Shown here: positions 40,227 through 49,109 of the stretch, piece by piece
Numbering within the stretch: the first letter of the stretch is position 1
Layout: the number at the start of each line of letters is the position of its first letter
Origin: Bacteroidales bacterium UBA7258
GTDB taxonomy: Bacteria > Bacteroidota > Bacteroidia > Bacteroidales > UBA932
Length of the DNA stretch: 64,000 nucleotides
Direction: 5' to 3'
Assembly: GCA_002472565.1 (NCBI GenBank)
Contig: DKSK01000012.1
Coordinates: 7,579-71,578, forward strand
Program-made: the position numbers and the translations under genes
The notes under the pieces: model-generated
Told to the model about the DNA's origin: nothing
Database searches by the model: none
The model's input: the letters and a program-made list of their open reading frames with translations, nothing else

Positions 40227-42068
40227 TCAATCTTTTATCATTCTTACCGCCCCCTTGTCGGCAGAACTTACCATGGAGGCGTAGGCCTTGATGCTCCTTG
40301 AAACCACCCTCTCCCTCATCGGAGGCGTGAAAGCCTTCTCCCCCTTCGCCTTTTCCTCCTTCCTCCGTTCTTCTAGCTCCTCCTCCGTGAGCCTGACATT
40401 GATGCTCCTATTCTCGATGTCTATTTCAATGAGGTCTCCGTCTCGCACAAGAGCTATCTCACCGCCGGAGGCCGCCTCAGGAGAAATGTGCCCGATGCTA
40501 AGGCCGGAAGTGCCCCCGCTGAACCTTCCGTCGGTTATCAGAGCGCAGGCCTTTCCGAGATGCCTCGACTTGATATAGGAAGTAGGGTACAGCATCTCCT
40601 GCATTCCGGGCCCTCCTTTCGGTCCTTCATAGGTGATGACCACGACATCTCCCGCCTGGACTTTCCCGCCGAGGATTCCATCGCAGGCGGCTTCCTGAGA
40701 GTCGAAGACCCTGGCCCTTCCTTCGAACTTCCAGAGAGACTCGTCCACTCCTGCCGTCTTGACGACGCAGCCGTCACGGGCAATGTTCCCGTAGAGAACA
40801 GCGAGACCCCCATCCTTCGAATAAGCGTGGGCGATATCTCTTATGCAGCCTTCGGCCCTGTCGGTGTCAAAACTCTGATAATAAGTCTCTTGCGAGCCCA
40901 CTTCCGTGCTGAAGACCCCCGCCCCCGCGCTCGAATAGATTATCTCAGCCTCCTCGCAGCATTTCGGGCTCATGATGCAATATTTCTCGATTTCCTCCGC
41001 GAGAGTCATCCCGTCGACACGCCTTTGGGAGGTGTCTACAAGGCCGCCCTTAGCAAGTTCATTCATGATGGATACTACCCCGCCTGCCCTGTTCACATCC
41101 TGGACATGGTACTTCGCCGTGTTCGGAGCAAGTTTGCAGATGCATGGGACCTTCCTTGAGAGAAGGTCTACGTCCTTCAGCTTGAAATCGGCTCCAGCCT
41201 CATTTGCGGCCGCCAGCAGGTGCAGGACGGTGTTGGTGGAACCTCCCATGGCGATATCCAGCGTCATGGCGTTGAGGAAGGCCTCTCTGCTGCAGATGCT
41301 CCTCGGCAGAACGCTCTCGTTGCCGTCCTGGTAATAGGCATAAGTGTTCTTTACGATAAGCTTGGCCGCCTTTTTGAAAAGTTCGACCCGGTTCTTGTGC
41401 GTGGCCACTATGGTGCCGTTCCCCGGGAGAGACAGACCGATGGCCTCGGTAAGGCAGTTCATAGAGTTTGCCGTGAACATCCCCGAGCAGCAGCCGCAGC
41501 CCGGGCAGGCGTTCAGTTCGATTTTCCGGCTTTCTTCATCGCTCACGGTATTGTCGGCAGATACTACCATCGCATCAATCAGATCCAGTTTTCTTTCACT
41601 TCCAGGATAGCGGCCAGCTTCCATCGGACCACCCGAAACGAAAACAGCAGGGATGTTGAGCCGCATCGCGGCCATGAGCATGCCCGGAGTAACCTTGTCG
41701 CAGTTACTGATGCAGACCATCGCGTCGGCCTTATGGGCATTAACCATGTACTCGATGCTGTCAGCTATTATTTCGCGGGAGGGGAGAGAATAGAGCATTC
41801 CGTCATGACCCATGGCTATTCCGTCATCGACGGCAATCGTATTGAATTCCGCCGCATAACAGCCCAGCTTCTCTATCTCAGCCTTTACAGTCTGGCCGAT
41901 TTCATGCAGATGAGTATGCCCCGGCACGAATTGCGTGAAAGAATTGACTATGGCTATAACCGGCCTGCCCATCTGCCAGGGCTTCATGCCGGCGGCCACC
42001 CAGAGGGCTCTCGCCCCAGCCATTCTCCGTCCATCCATCGTGATGGCGCTTCTAAGTTTATTTTTCAT
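40227..42068 (-). CDS. ilvD: Dihydroxy-acid dehydratase
   Basis: [46 protein letters not shown] and DGRFSG. Confidence 0.97.
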   Translation of the reverse strand: MKNKLRSAITMDGRRMAGARALWVAAGMKPWQMGRPVIAIVNSFTQFVPGHTHLHEIGQTVKAEIEKLGCYAAEFNTIAVDDGIAMGHDGMLYSLPSREIIADSIEYMVNAHKADAMVCISNCDKVTPGMLMAAMRLNIPAVFVSGGPMEAGRYPGSERKLDLIDAMVVSADNTVSDEESRKIELNACPGCGCCSGMFTANSMNCLTEAIGLSLPGNGTIVATHKNRVELFKKAAKLIVKNTYAYYQDGNESVLPRSICSREAFLNAMTLDIAMGGSTNTVLHLLAAANEAGADFKLKDVDLLSRKVPCICKLAPNTAKYHVQDVNRAGGVVSIMNELAKGGLVDTSQRRVDGMTLAEEIEKYCIMSPKCCEEAEIIYSSAGAGVFSTEVGSQETYYQSFDTDRAEGCIRDIAHAYSKDGGLAVLYGNIARDGCVVKTAGVDESLWKFEGRARVFDSQEAACDGILGGKVQAGDVVVITYEGPKGGPGMQEMLYPTSYIKSRHLGKACALITDGRFSGGTSGLSIGHISPEAASGGEIALVRDGDLIEIDIENRSINVRLTEEELEERRKEEKAKGEKAFTPPMRERVVSRSIKAYASMVSSADKGAVRMIKD

Positions 42069-42161
42069 ATCTATTTGTTAGTTTTCCGACCAAACAAGCT
42101 CCTCGCTCCACTCCTTCACCATCCCTCCGGCCCACATCTTTTTTGATAAGCCCCTGAAAAC

Positions 42162-42191
42162 AAAAAAACCTCCCCGAATCTTCGGGAAGGC
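42162..42191 (-). terminator. Attenuator terminator of the ilv-leu operon
   Basis: Minus strand GCCUUCCCGAA-GA-UUCGGGGAGGU followed by a U run. Confidence 0.85.
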
Positions 42192-42217
42192 TATATATGG
42201 ATAAATATCTGACTATA

Positions 42218-42301
42218 TCATCTTATTGTACGCCTTCCCTGTCCTCGAATGCTAAGCACTAGGACGCTAATGGAAATGACGATAATAGATGAATAATTCA
42301 T
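42218..42301 (-). CDS. ilv-leu operon attenuator leader peptide
   Basis: MNYSSIIVISISVLVLSIRGQGRRTIR*: 11 of 27 codons are Ile, Val or Leu; it lies just upstream of the terminator and contains the antiterminator strand. Confidence 0.85.
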   Translation of the reverse strand: MNYSSIIVISISVLVLSIRGQGRRTIR

Positions 42302-42430
42302 ATTCTTTTCTTTCGCTCTGTCGCTAAAGTAGAAAATGCGAAAATCAATTCCAAGGGAAATTTTGCGAAAATCGATTTACTGGCTTTTCAAATGCCCCGT
42401 CCGTGAGGCTTCTTTATCGGCGGAGGTGGC

Positions 42431-43258
42431 TCAGTCGGCGTCGAGGAGAACCGGGAATTTATTGCGGAATGAGAATAGCGAATCCATGTCGAGGTCTGCG
42501 GAAGTGATCTCTTCCGCCCCGTTCCTGCATGCGGAGAGTACTTCTCCATAAGGATTAATTATGACAGAGTGGCCGTCATATTCGCAAGACGGGTCTTTGC
42601 CTACCCTGTTCACTCCGACTACAAAGCACTGATTCTCAATGGCTCTCGCTTTAAGCAGGCTGTCCCAGGCACTGATCCTCTGGGTCGGCCAACTTGCCAC
42701 GTAGACCGCAATATCGTATTCGGCTCTCGCCGAAGTCTCTCTCTGTGCGGCATGAGAGTCTGCTTTCTCTAAACGGTTTCTGGAGAAGACGGGGAATCGC
42801 AGGTCGTAGCAGACCTGAAGAAGAAAACGCAGGCCTTCGTATTCCGCCACTGTCTTCTCTTTTCCAGCGGTGAAGCGTTTGTCCTCGCCGGCAAATGAGA
42901 ACAGGTGTCTTTTGTCATATTTCGAGAATGTCCCATCCGGCTTGACGAAATAGAAGCGGTTGAAGTAGCTGCTCCCGACTTCGTCCGCTTTCCCACCAGC
43001 ATCATTCACGGCAGTCGCCACGCTCCCAGCCACGGCGCAATCATACTGCTTTGCCAGCTTTTTCATCCACTCCAGCGAGGCCCCGTCACGCTCAGCCGTA
43101 AAGGCAGGAGAGGTGATGAAACCTGTCGAAAACATCTCCGGCAAGACAAGGACTCCTCCCTCCGCAACCCCCGCCTTGGAGATAAGGTCCTCGATATGGG
43201 CGCGGTTAGCCTTTCCGTCACACCAGATGATATTACATTGACAAAGATAGACTTTCAT
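42431..43258 (-). CDS. Carbon-nitrogen hydrolase (YafV/omega-amidase-like)
   Basis: Glu-Lys-Cys triad motifs LPEMFSTGF, YDKRHLF and VCYDLRFP. Start re-set to ATG 43258. Confidence 0.9.
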   Translation of the reverse strand: MKVYLCQCNIIWCDGKANRAHIEDLISKAGVAEGGVLVLPEMFSTGFITSPAFTAERDGASLEWMKKLAKQYDCAVAGSVATAVNDAGGKADEVGSSYFNRFYFVKPDGTFSKYDKRHLFSFAGEDKRFTAGKEKTVAEYEGLRFLLQVCYDLRFPVFSRNRLEKADSHAAQRETSARAEYDIAVYVASWPTQRISAWDSLLKARAIENQCFVVGVNRVGKDPSCEYDGHSVIINPYGEVLSACRNGAEEITSADLDMDSLFSFRNKFPVLLDAD

Positions 43259-43377
43259 GACTTGTGCGCCGAATATTTGCCGCCCAGATAATGAACATGT
43301 CATAATCAACTCCGCTCTCAAGCGCACGGTCGATCTGGACAGGAAAATACCGGTCTTCTCCGGCCTTGCCCCACATA

Positions 43378-44691
43378 TCAGATTCTTCGTAGCTCTGGGC
43401 CAGAGCCATCAATTTTTTCCAAGCCTTGACTGAGGTCGCTGATAATGTCGGAGACATCTTCAATACCTACCGAGAGTCTGATAAGGTCAGGAGCTATGCC
43501 GGCCTCGCGCAGCTGCTCGTCCGAGAGCTGTCTGTGAGTATGGCTGGCAGGATGAAGCACGCAGGAACGGGCGTCGGCGACATGGGTCGCGATGTTGATC
43601 ATCTGAAGCGAATCCATGAATATGATAGCCGTCTCGCGGTCCCCCTTCAGTCCGAAGGCGATGACCCCGCAACTCCCATCCGGAAGATATTTTTCCGCAA
43701 GGTCGTGGTCTGGGTCATTTTTGAGGTCAGGATAATGTACCCATGCCACATGTGGATCCGCCTCGAGGAATTGAGCGACTTTCAGGGCATTCGAGCAATG
43801 CTGTTTCATCCTCAGGGCGAGGGTTTGCAGCCCGAGGTTGAGAATGAACGAGTTCATAGGTCCCGGAATGGATCCGAGGTCTCTCATGATCTGGGCGACC
43901 ATCTTGGTGACGTAGGCCTTTTTCCCGAAGGACTTAGTGTAGGTGAGTCCATGATAGGAGGCGTCAGGGGTGGTGAGTCCCGGGAACTTGGAGGCGTTGG
44001 AGTCCCAGTCGAAGTTGCCGCTGTCAACTACGGCCCCGCCAACCTGGCAGGCCATTCCATCCATGTATTTTGTCGTGGAATGGGTCACTATGTCCGCTCC
44101 CCATTCGAAAGGACGGCAGTTGATAGGAGTGGCGAAGGTATTGTCCACGATGAGCGGCACCCCGTTCCTGTGAGCCACCCTCGCGAATTTCTCGATGTCG
44201 AGGACGCGGACGCCGGGGTTCGTGATGGTCTCGCCGAAAAGCGCCTTGGTGTTCGGCCGGAAAGCCGTCTGGATTTCTTCCTCGGAGGACTTCGGGTCGA
44301 TGAAGGAGCACTCTATCCCCATTTTTTTGAGGGTCACTCCGAAGAGATTGAAAGTTCCTCCGTAGATTTCATTGGAGGCTACAAGATGGTCTCCCGCCCC
44401 GAGGATGTTGATGACGGCATAGAAATTCGCCGCCTGGCCGGAAGAGGTCAGCACAGCCCCGATCCCGCCCTCGAGCGCGGCGATTTTCTCCGCAACGGCA
44501 TCATTGGTAGGATTCTGCAGGCGAGTGTAGAAATAGCCTTCTTTCTTTAGGTCGAAGAGCATCGCCATCTCCTCGCTGTTATCGTATTTGAATGTCGTGC
44601 TTTGGATGATAGGGAGTTCGACAGGTTCCCCGTTCTTCGGTCTATATCCGGCCTGGACACAGAGAGAGGCCCTTTTCAGGTTCTTAAGCAT
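43378..44691 (-). CDS. metY: O-acetylhomoserine aminocarboxypropyltransferase (sulfhydrylase)
   Basis: YTRLQNPT, ALEGG, VDNTFATP, HSTTKY (PLP Lys), HPASHTHRQL and LIRLSVGIE. Start 44691 is supported by a TATTTTTG box at 44716-44723. Confidence 0.9.
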   Translation of the reverse strand: MLKNLKRASLCVQAGYRPKNGEPVELPIIQSTTFKYDNSEEMAMLFDLKKEGYFYTRLQNPTNDAVAEKIAALEGGIGAVLTSSGQAANFYAVINILGAGDHLVASNEIYGGTFNLFGVTLKKMGIECSFIDPKSSEEEIQTAFRPNTKALFGETITNPGVRVLDIEKFARVAHRNGVPLIVDNTFATPINCRPFEWGADIVTHSTTKYMDGMACQVGGAVVDSGNFDWDSNASKFPGLTTPDASYHGLTYTKSFGKKAYVTKMVAQIMRDLGSIPGPMNSFILNLGLQTLALRMKQHCSNALKVAQFLEADPHVAWVHYPDLKNDPDHDLAEKYLPDGSCGVIAFGLKGDRETAIIFMDSLQMINIATHVADARSCVLHPASHTHRQLSDEQLREAGIAPDLIRLSVGIEDVSDIISDLSQGLEKIDGSGPELRRI

Positions 44692-44777
44692 TCTAGTCAG
44701 TCTTTTTTGGTTACGCAAAAATACGCTTTTCCCTTAGAATTTGCTATCTTGTGCTTTGTTTACAAAGAGGCACGCTA

Positions 44778-47210
44778 ATGAATAACATGAAACGGTATTT
44801 CCTTTTGGCTATGGCGCTGAGCCTTCCTATGACTATGTCGGCCCAGGAAAGCTCCACTGTGAAGCCTAATTATGAACTGGCTTCAAGATTTACCGCCAAA
44901 AAAGTTTCCCAGATGGTCTATTCGACCAGAATCAGCCCTAACTGGTTCAAGGACTCGGACAAGTTCTGGTATTCATGGAAAACTGCCGGGGGAACTCATT
45001 ATTATATAGTAGACCCCTCATCCGGATCGAAGACAGAAGTCTTTGATATGGAGAAACTTGCCATGGATCTGACTGAGAAGATAAAGGATCCTTTCGACGC
45101 GGCTCATATCCCTTTTCAGAATCTAAGGCTAAAGGATGACAAGCGCTTCACCTTTGACATTAGGAGCACCGCCGACACGAAAGATGAAAAAGACTCCACC
45201 AAGACCGTAAAGAAGGTCTTCCATTTCAGCTACGACATCGCAGGCAGGCAGCTTACGGAGGTCGCCGAGGAAAAGGACAAGTATCCTTTCTGGGCTTCCG
45301 TATCACCTGACGGAACCAGAGGCATCTATGTGAAGAACCACAATATCTTCGAAATGGATTCCACTTCGCTCCGCAAGGCGGCCCTGGACCCGAAGGATTC
45401 GACCCTCGTCGAGAAGCAGCTGACCTTTGACGGCACTGCTGACAAGGCCTGGGGCGCGGAAGACTACAGCGGAGACACTCAGACGGATTCGACAGTCCGC
45501 CACAGGGGTTCCTTCGTCTGGTCGCCAGATTCCAGACATTTCGCCACCATGCTTTGGGATATGTCCCCTATAAATAGCCTTTGGGTGATCAACGCCCTCT
45601 CGCAGCCTCGTCCCACGCTTGAAACCTATAAGTATCAGATGCCTGGCGAGCCTGGTCCTAAGGGGAGGCTCACAGTATTCACGGATGAAGGAGGCAAATG
45701 GTCTTGCCAGGACGTGAAGAGCCAGGCCTTCAAGGATCAGGAGGTCTCCCTTCTCACGGCTCCTTCCACCTCGAAGACCGCCTACATGGACTTTTATCCA
45801 AGTGTATGGCTCGGTGACGAGAAGGGCTTCTACCTCATCCGCCAGAGCCGCGACCTCAAGAGACTGGACTTCTGCCATGTCGCCATCGGCTCCGACTCGA
45901 CCCGGACCATCGTTTCGGAAAGGATGAACACCTATGTGGAGAGTCGTGATCCTAAGTTCATCAAGGGAGGTTCCCAGTTCATCTTCTGGTCAGAGCGCAA
46001 CGGCTGGGCAAATCTCTACCTCTACACTTCGGATGGCAAGCTCATAAGAAATCTCACTGAGGGCGCCTTCCATGTGGAGGATGTGCTTGCAGTCAACGAG
46101 GCGGCCGGTTATGTGCTCTTCAGCGCCTGCGGTTACGTCAAGGGAGAAAACCCTTACCAAATGCATACCTTCAAGGCTCCGCTCGCGGGCGGACCGCTTA
46201 CCATGCTGGATATCGATGACATGGACGTTCTCTCCCAGGCAAGCGATGACGGTAAATATTTCGTGGCGAACTATTCGAGGGTAGACTTTAAACCGGCCTC
46301 CGCCCTTGTCAACGCCCAGACAGGCCGCAGAACCGACCTCGAAGAGGCCGATTTCTCGCGTCTTTTCGAGGCCGGATACAAATTCCCAGAGAGATTCAAG
46401 GTCAAGGCCGCCGACGGAGTCACGGATCTCTACGGCGTCATGTACAAGCCTTTTGACTTCGATTCCACCAAGGTCTATCCTATCTGCGACTACGTCTATC
46501 CGGGCCCTCAGGTGGAGGCCAACAACATCAGCTGGAGCTCGAACATGACAAGGGTTGACCGCCTGGCCCAGATCGGCTTCATAGTCATAACTGTCGGCAA
46601 CAGGGGTGGACATCCAAACAGGTCGAAGTGGTACCATAACTATGGCTACGGCAATCTGCGTGACTATGGCCTCGAAGATCAAAAATATGCCATCCAGCAG
46701 CTTGGAGCGAGATATCCTTTCATAGACCTCAGCCGAGTAGGGATCCATGGCCACAGCGGTGGCGGCTTCATGTCGACGGCCGCCATCCTCAAGTATCCGG
46801 ACTTCTTCAAGGTAGCGGTCAGCTCTTCCGGCAACCATGACAACAACATCTACAATCGCTGGTGGAGCGAGCAGCATCACGGGATTCTTGAGAAGATCAG
46901 CGCTGGAGACACCTCTTTCGTCTATCACATCAACACCAACGAGGAGCTGGCCAAGAATCTCAAGGGTCATCTCATGCTGACCACAGGTGACATCGACAAC
47001 AATGTCCACCCGGCCAACACTCTGCGTGTGGTCGACGCTCTCATAAGGGCCCACAAGCGTTTCGACCTGGTGGTCCTTCCTGGACAGCGGCATGGTTATG
47101 GTGATATGAATGAATATTTCTTCTGGCGTCTGGCCGACTACTACAGCGAATGGCTGCTCGGGGCCGGAGAGAGAGGCCAGGTCGATATCGTTGAGATGAA
47201 TAATGACTAA
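44778..47210 (+). CDS. S9 family dipeptidyl/prolyl oligopeptidase (DPP IV-like)
   Basis: Signal peptide, beta-propeller region, GHSGGG nucleophile, GDIDNNVH and GQRHGY. Confidence 0.92.
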   Translation: MNNMKRYFLLAMALSLPMTMSAQESSTVKPNYELASRFTAKKVSQMVYSTRISPNWFKDSDKFWYSWKTAGGTHYYIVDPSSGSKTEVFDMEKLAMDLTEKIKDPFDAAHIPFQNLRLKDDKRFTFDIRSTADTKDEKDSTKTVKKVFHFSYDIAGRQLTEVAEEKDKYPFWASVSPDGTRGIYVKNHNIFEMDSTSLRKAALDPKDSTLVEKQLTFDGTADKAWGAEDYSGDTQTDSTVRHRGSFVWSPDSRHFATMLWDMSPINSLWVINALSQPRPTLETYKYQMPGEPGPKGRLTVFTDEGGKWSCQDVKSQAFKDQEVSLLTAPSTSKTAYMDFYPSVWLGDEKGFYLIRQSRDLKRLDFCHVAIGSDSTRTIVSERMNTYVESRDPKFIKGGSQFIFWSERNGWANLYLYTSDGKLIRNLTEGAFHVEDVLAVNEAAGYVLFSACGYVKGENPYQMHTFKAPLAGGPLTMLDIDDMDVLSQASDDGKYFVANYSRVDFKPASALVNAQTGRRTDLEEADFSRLFEAGYKFPERFKVKAADGVTDLYGVMYKPFDFDSTKVYPICDYVYPGPQVEANNISWSSNMTRVDRLAQIGFIVITVGNRGGHPNRSKWYHNYGYGNLRDYGLEDQKYAIQQLGARYPFIDLSRVGIHGHSGGGFMSTAAILKYPDFFKVAVSSSGNHDNNIYNRWWSEQHHGILEKISAGDTSFVYHINTNEELAKNLKGHLMLTTGDIDNNVHPANTLRVVDALIRAHKRFDLVVLPGQRHGYGDMNEYFFWRLADYYSEWLLGAGERGQVDIVEMNND

Positions 47211-47982
47211 ATATATGAAATTAAATCATTTTCTACTGGGCTTGGCTCTTGTCGCGGCGCTTGCGTCCTGCGGCAAAAAAGATTTCAAGATGAGCAATTA
47301 CGAGTACAAGCAGTCTTTCGCCCTTAAGGAGGGCAGGACTGATTCGCTCGAAGTTAGTATAAGGGTGGAGTATCCGGTTTCGGGACCTTCCAAGGATGCC
47401 GTGAAAGCCTTCTGCGAGACTGTCGTCGAGGCGGCCTTCGGAACTTCCTATTCCGGACTTTCCGTAGATTCAGCGGCCGCTGTCTATGTCGATACCCTGC
47501 TTGAAAACTATCGCACTTCGAACCTCGATATGCTCGATTATTTCAAGAACGAAGACTTCGAAATGCCGATGGGCTGGGAAGAGAGGCTCGACGCCAGAGT
47601 CATCAGCAGCCATGAAAACATTATCTCCTATGAGGTAGGGACCTATTCCTATGAAGGAGGGGCGCACGGAAGTACCGGAGAGAATGTGGTGAACATCAAC
47701 AAGAAGACAGGCGAACCTGTAGAAGAGGCCGAGTTCTTCGTAGACGGCTATCATGATGAACTTTCACGTCTGCTGACGGCTCATCTTCATGATGCAGTTC
47801 CTTCCGAGGAAGATTACGAGTCTCTGTTTATCAAGGACATAGAACCGAACGGGAACTTCTTTGTCTCTGATGAGGGGGTCACCTATATCTATGGCCAATA
47901 TGAAATAGGGGCCTATGCCTTAGGCATCATCAAGGTCACGGTTCCTTGGAATGAGCTCTCTTCTCTTGTCCGCCAGCAATAG
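47203..47982 (+). CDS. DUF3298/DUF4163 (RsiV-like) lipoprotein
   Basis: Lipobox LASC, YEGGAHG and YEIG.YA.G motifs. Confidence 0.8.
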   Translation: MTKYMKLNHFLLGLALVAALASCGKKDFKMSNYEYKQSFALKEGRTDSLEVSIRVEYPVSGPSKDAVKAFCETVVEAAFGTSYSGLSVDSAAAVYVDTLLENYRTSNLDMLDYFKNEDFEMPMGWEERLDARVISSHENIISYEVGTYSYEGGAHGSTGENVVNINKKTGEPVEEAEFFVDGYHDELSRLLTAHLHDAVPSEEDYESLFIKDIEPNGNFFVSDEGVTYIYGQYEIGAYALGIIKVTVPWNELSSLVRQQ

Positions 47983-48120
47983 AAAAGCCGAAGAAGGCGG
48001 CCTCGTCCATCGACAAACGCACGGAAATGCTGATCCAGGAAAGGCAAATATTTCGAGCTTTACATGGGGAACCAGATCTCATCATGAGACAAAAAAATTA
48101 GGTATCTGCCTGTTGAAAAC

Positions 48121-48151
48121 TTGGTGAATTAAATTTTTATGTCTAATTTTG
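48121..48151 (+). promoter_or_regulatory. Promoter of the str operon
   Basis: TTG at 48121-48123 and TAATTTTG at 48144-48151. Confidence 0.65.
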
Positions 48152-48201
48152 TGGCTCCCAAAAGTGGCGTGATGCCGCCATGGGTAGAAAACAAAAGATT
48201 T

Positions 48202-48585
48202 ATGCCAACGATTCAGCAACTTGTCCGTAAAGGACGCGAGACGGAGGTTTTCTCCAGCAAGTCTCGTGCTTTGGATGCGTGCCCTCAGAAGAGGGGCGTG
48301 TGCGTCCGCGTGTACACCACTACGCCTAAGAAGCCTAATTCGGCTATGCGTAAGGTTGCCCGTGTACGTCTCACCAACTCTAAAGAGGTCAACGCATACA
48401 TTCCGGGTGAGGGCCACAACCTCCAGGAGCACAGCATCGTGCTCGTCCGCGGAGGCCGTGTAAAGGACCTTCCAGGAGTGCGTTACCACATCCTTAGAGG
48501 CGCTTTGGATACGGCTGGTGTAGAAGGCAGGACCCAGTCCCGCTCTCTCTACGGAGCCAAGAGACCAAAGGCCGCTAAGAAGTAA
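48202..48585 (+). CDS. rpsL: 30S ribosomal protein S12
   Basis: [23 protein letters not shown] and [12 protein letters not shown]; true start ATG 48202. Confidence 0.98.
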   Translation: MPTIQQLVRKGRETEVFSSKSRALDACPQKRGVCVRVYTTTPKKPNSAMRKVARVRLTNSKEVNAYIPGEGHNLQEHSIVLVRGGRVKDLPGVRYHILRGALDTAGVEGRTQSRSLYGAKRPKAAKK

Positions 48586-48617
48586 TCTTATTTTATCACC
48601 TTTTAATTTTTGTCAAA

Positions 48618-49094
48618 ATGAGAAAAGCGAAGCCAAGGAAGAGGATTCTACTTCCTGATCCGAAGTACAATGATGTCGAGGTGACTCGTTTCGTCAACAA
48701 CATCATGCTCTCGGGCAAGAAGAGTATCGCGTATTCTATTTTTTACGATGCCATCGACATGGTGCAAGAGAAGATGAAGGATTCTGAACTGGCTCCTCTA
48801 GATATCTGGAAGAAGGCCATCGAGAACGTGACCCCTCAGATTGAGGTGAAGTCCCGCCGCGTCGGTGGAGCGAACTTCCAGGTGCCTACGGAGTTGAGGC
48901 CTGAAAGGAAAGTTTCTCTTGCTATGAAGAACATGATTTCTTTCGCACGCAAGCGTTCCGGCCACTCCATGGCAGAAAAACTTTGTGCAGAGATCATGGC
49001 CGCCTACAACAACGAAGGTGGTGCATTCAAGAGAAAGGAAGACATGCACAAGATGGCAGAGGCCAACAAGGCGTTTGCACACTTCCGTTTCTAA
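48618..49094 (+). CDS. rpsG: 30S ribosomal protein S7
   Basis: [15 protein letters not shown] and [16 protein letters not shown]. Confidence 0.98.
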   Translation: MRKAKPRKRILLPDPKYNDVEVTRFVNNIMLSGKKSIAYSIFYDAIDMVQEKMKDSELAPLDIWKKAIENVTPQIEVKSRRVGGANFQVPTELRPERKVSLAMKNMISFARKRSGHSMAEKLCAEIMAAYNNEGGAFKRKEDMHKMAEANKAFAHFRF

Positions 49095-49109
49095 TCCATC
49101 ATTCGTCAA

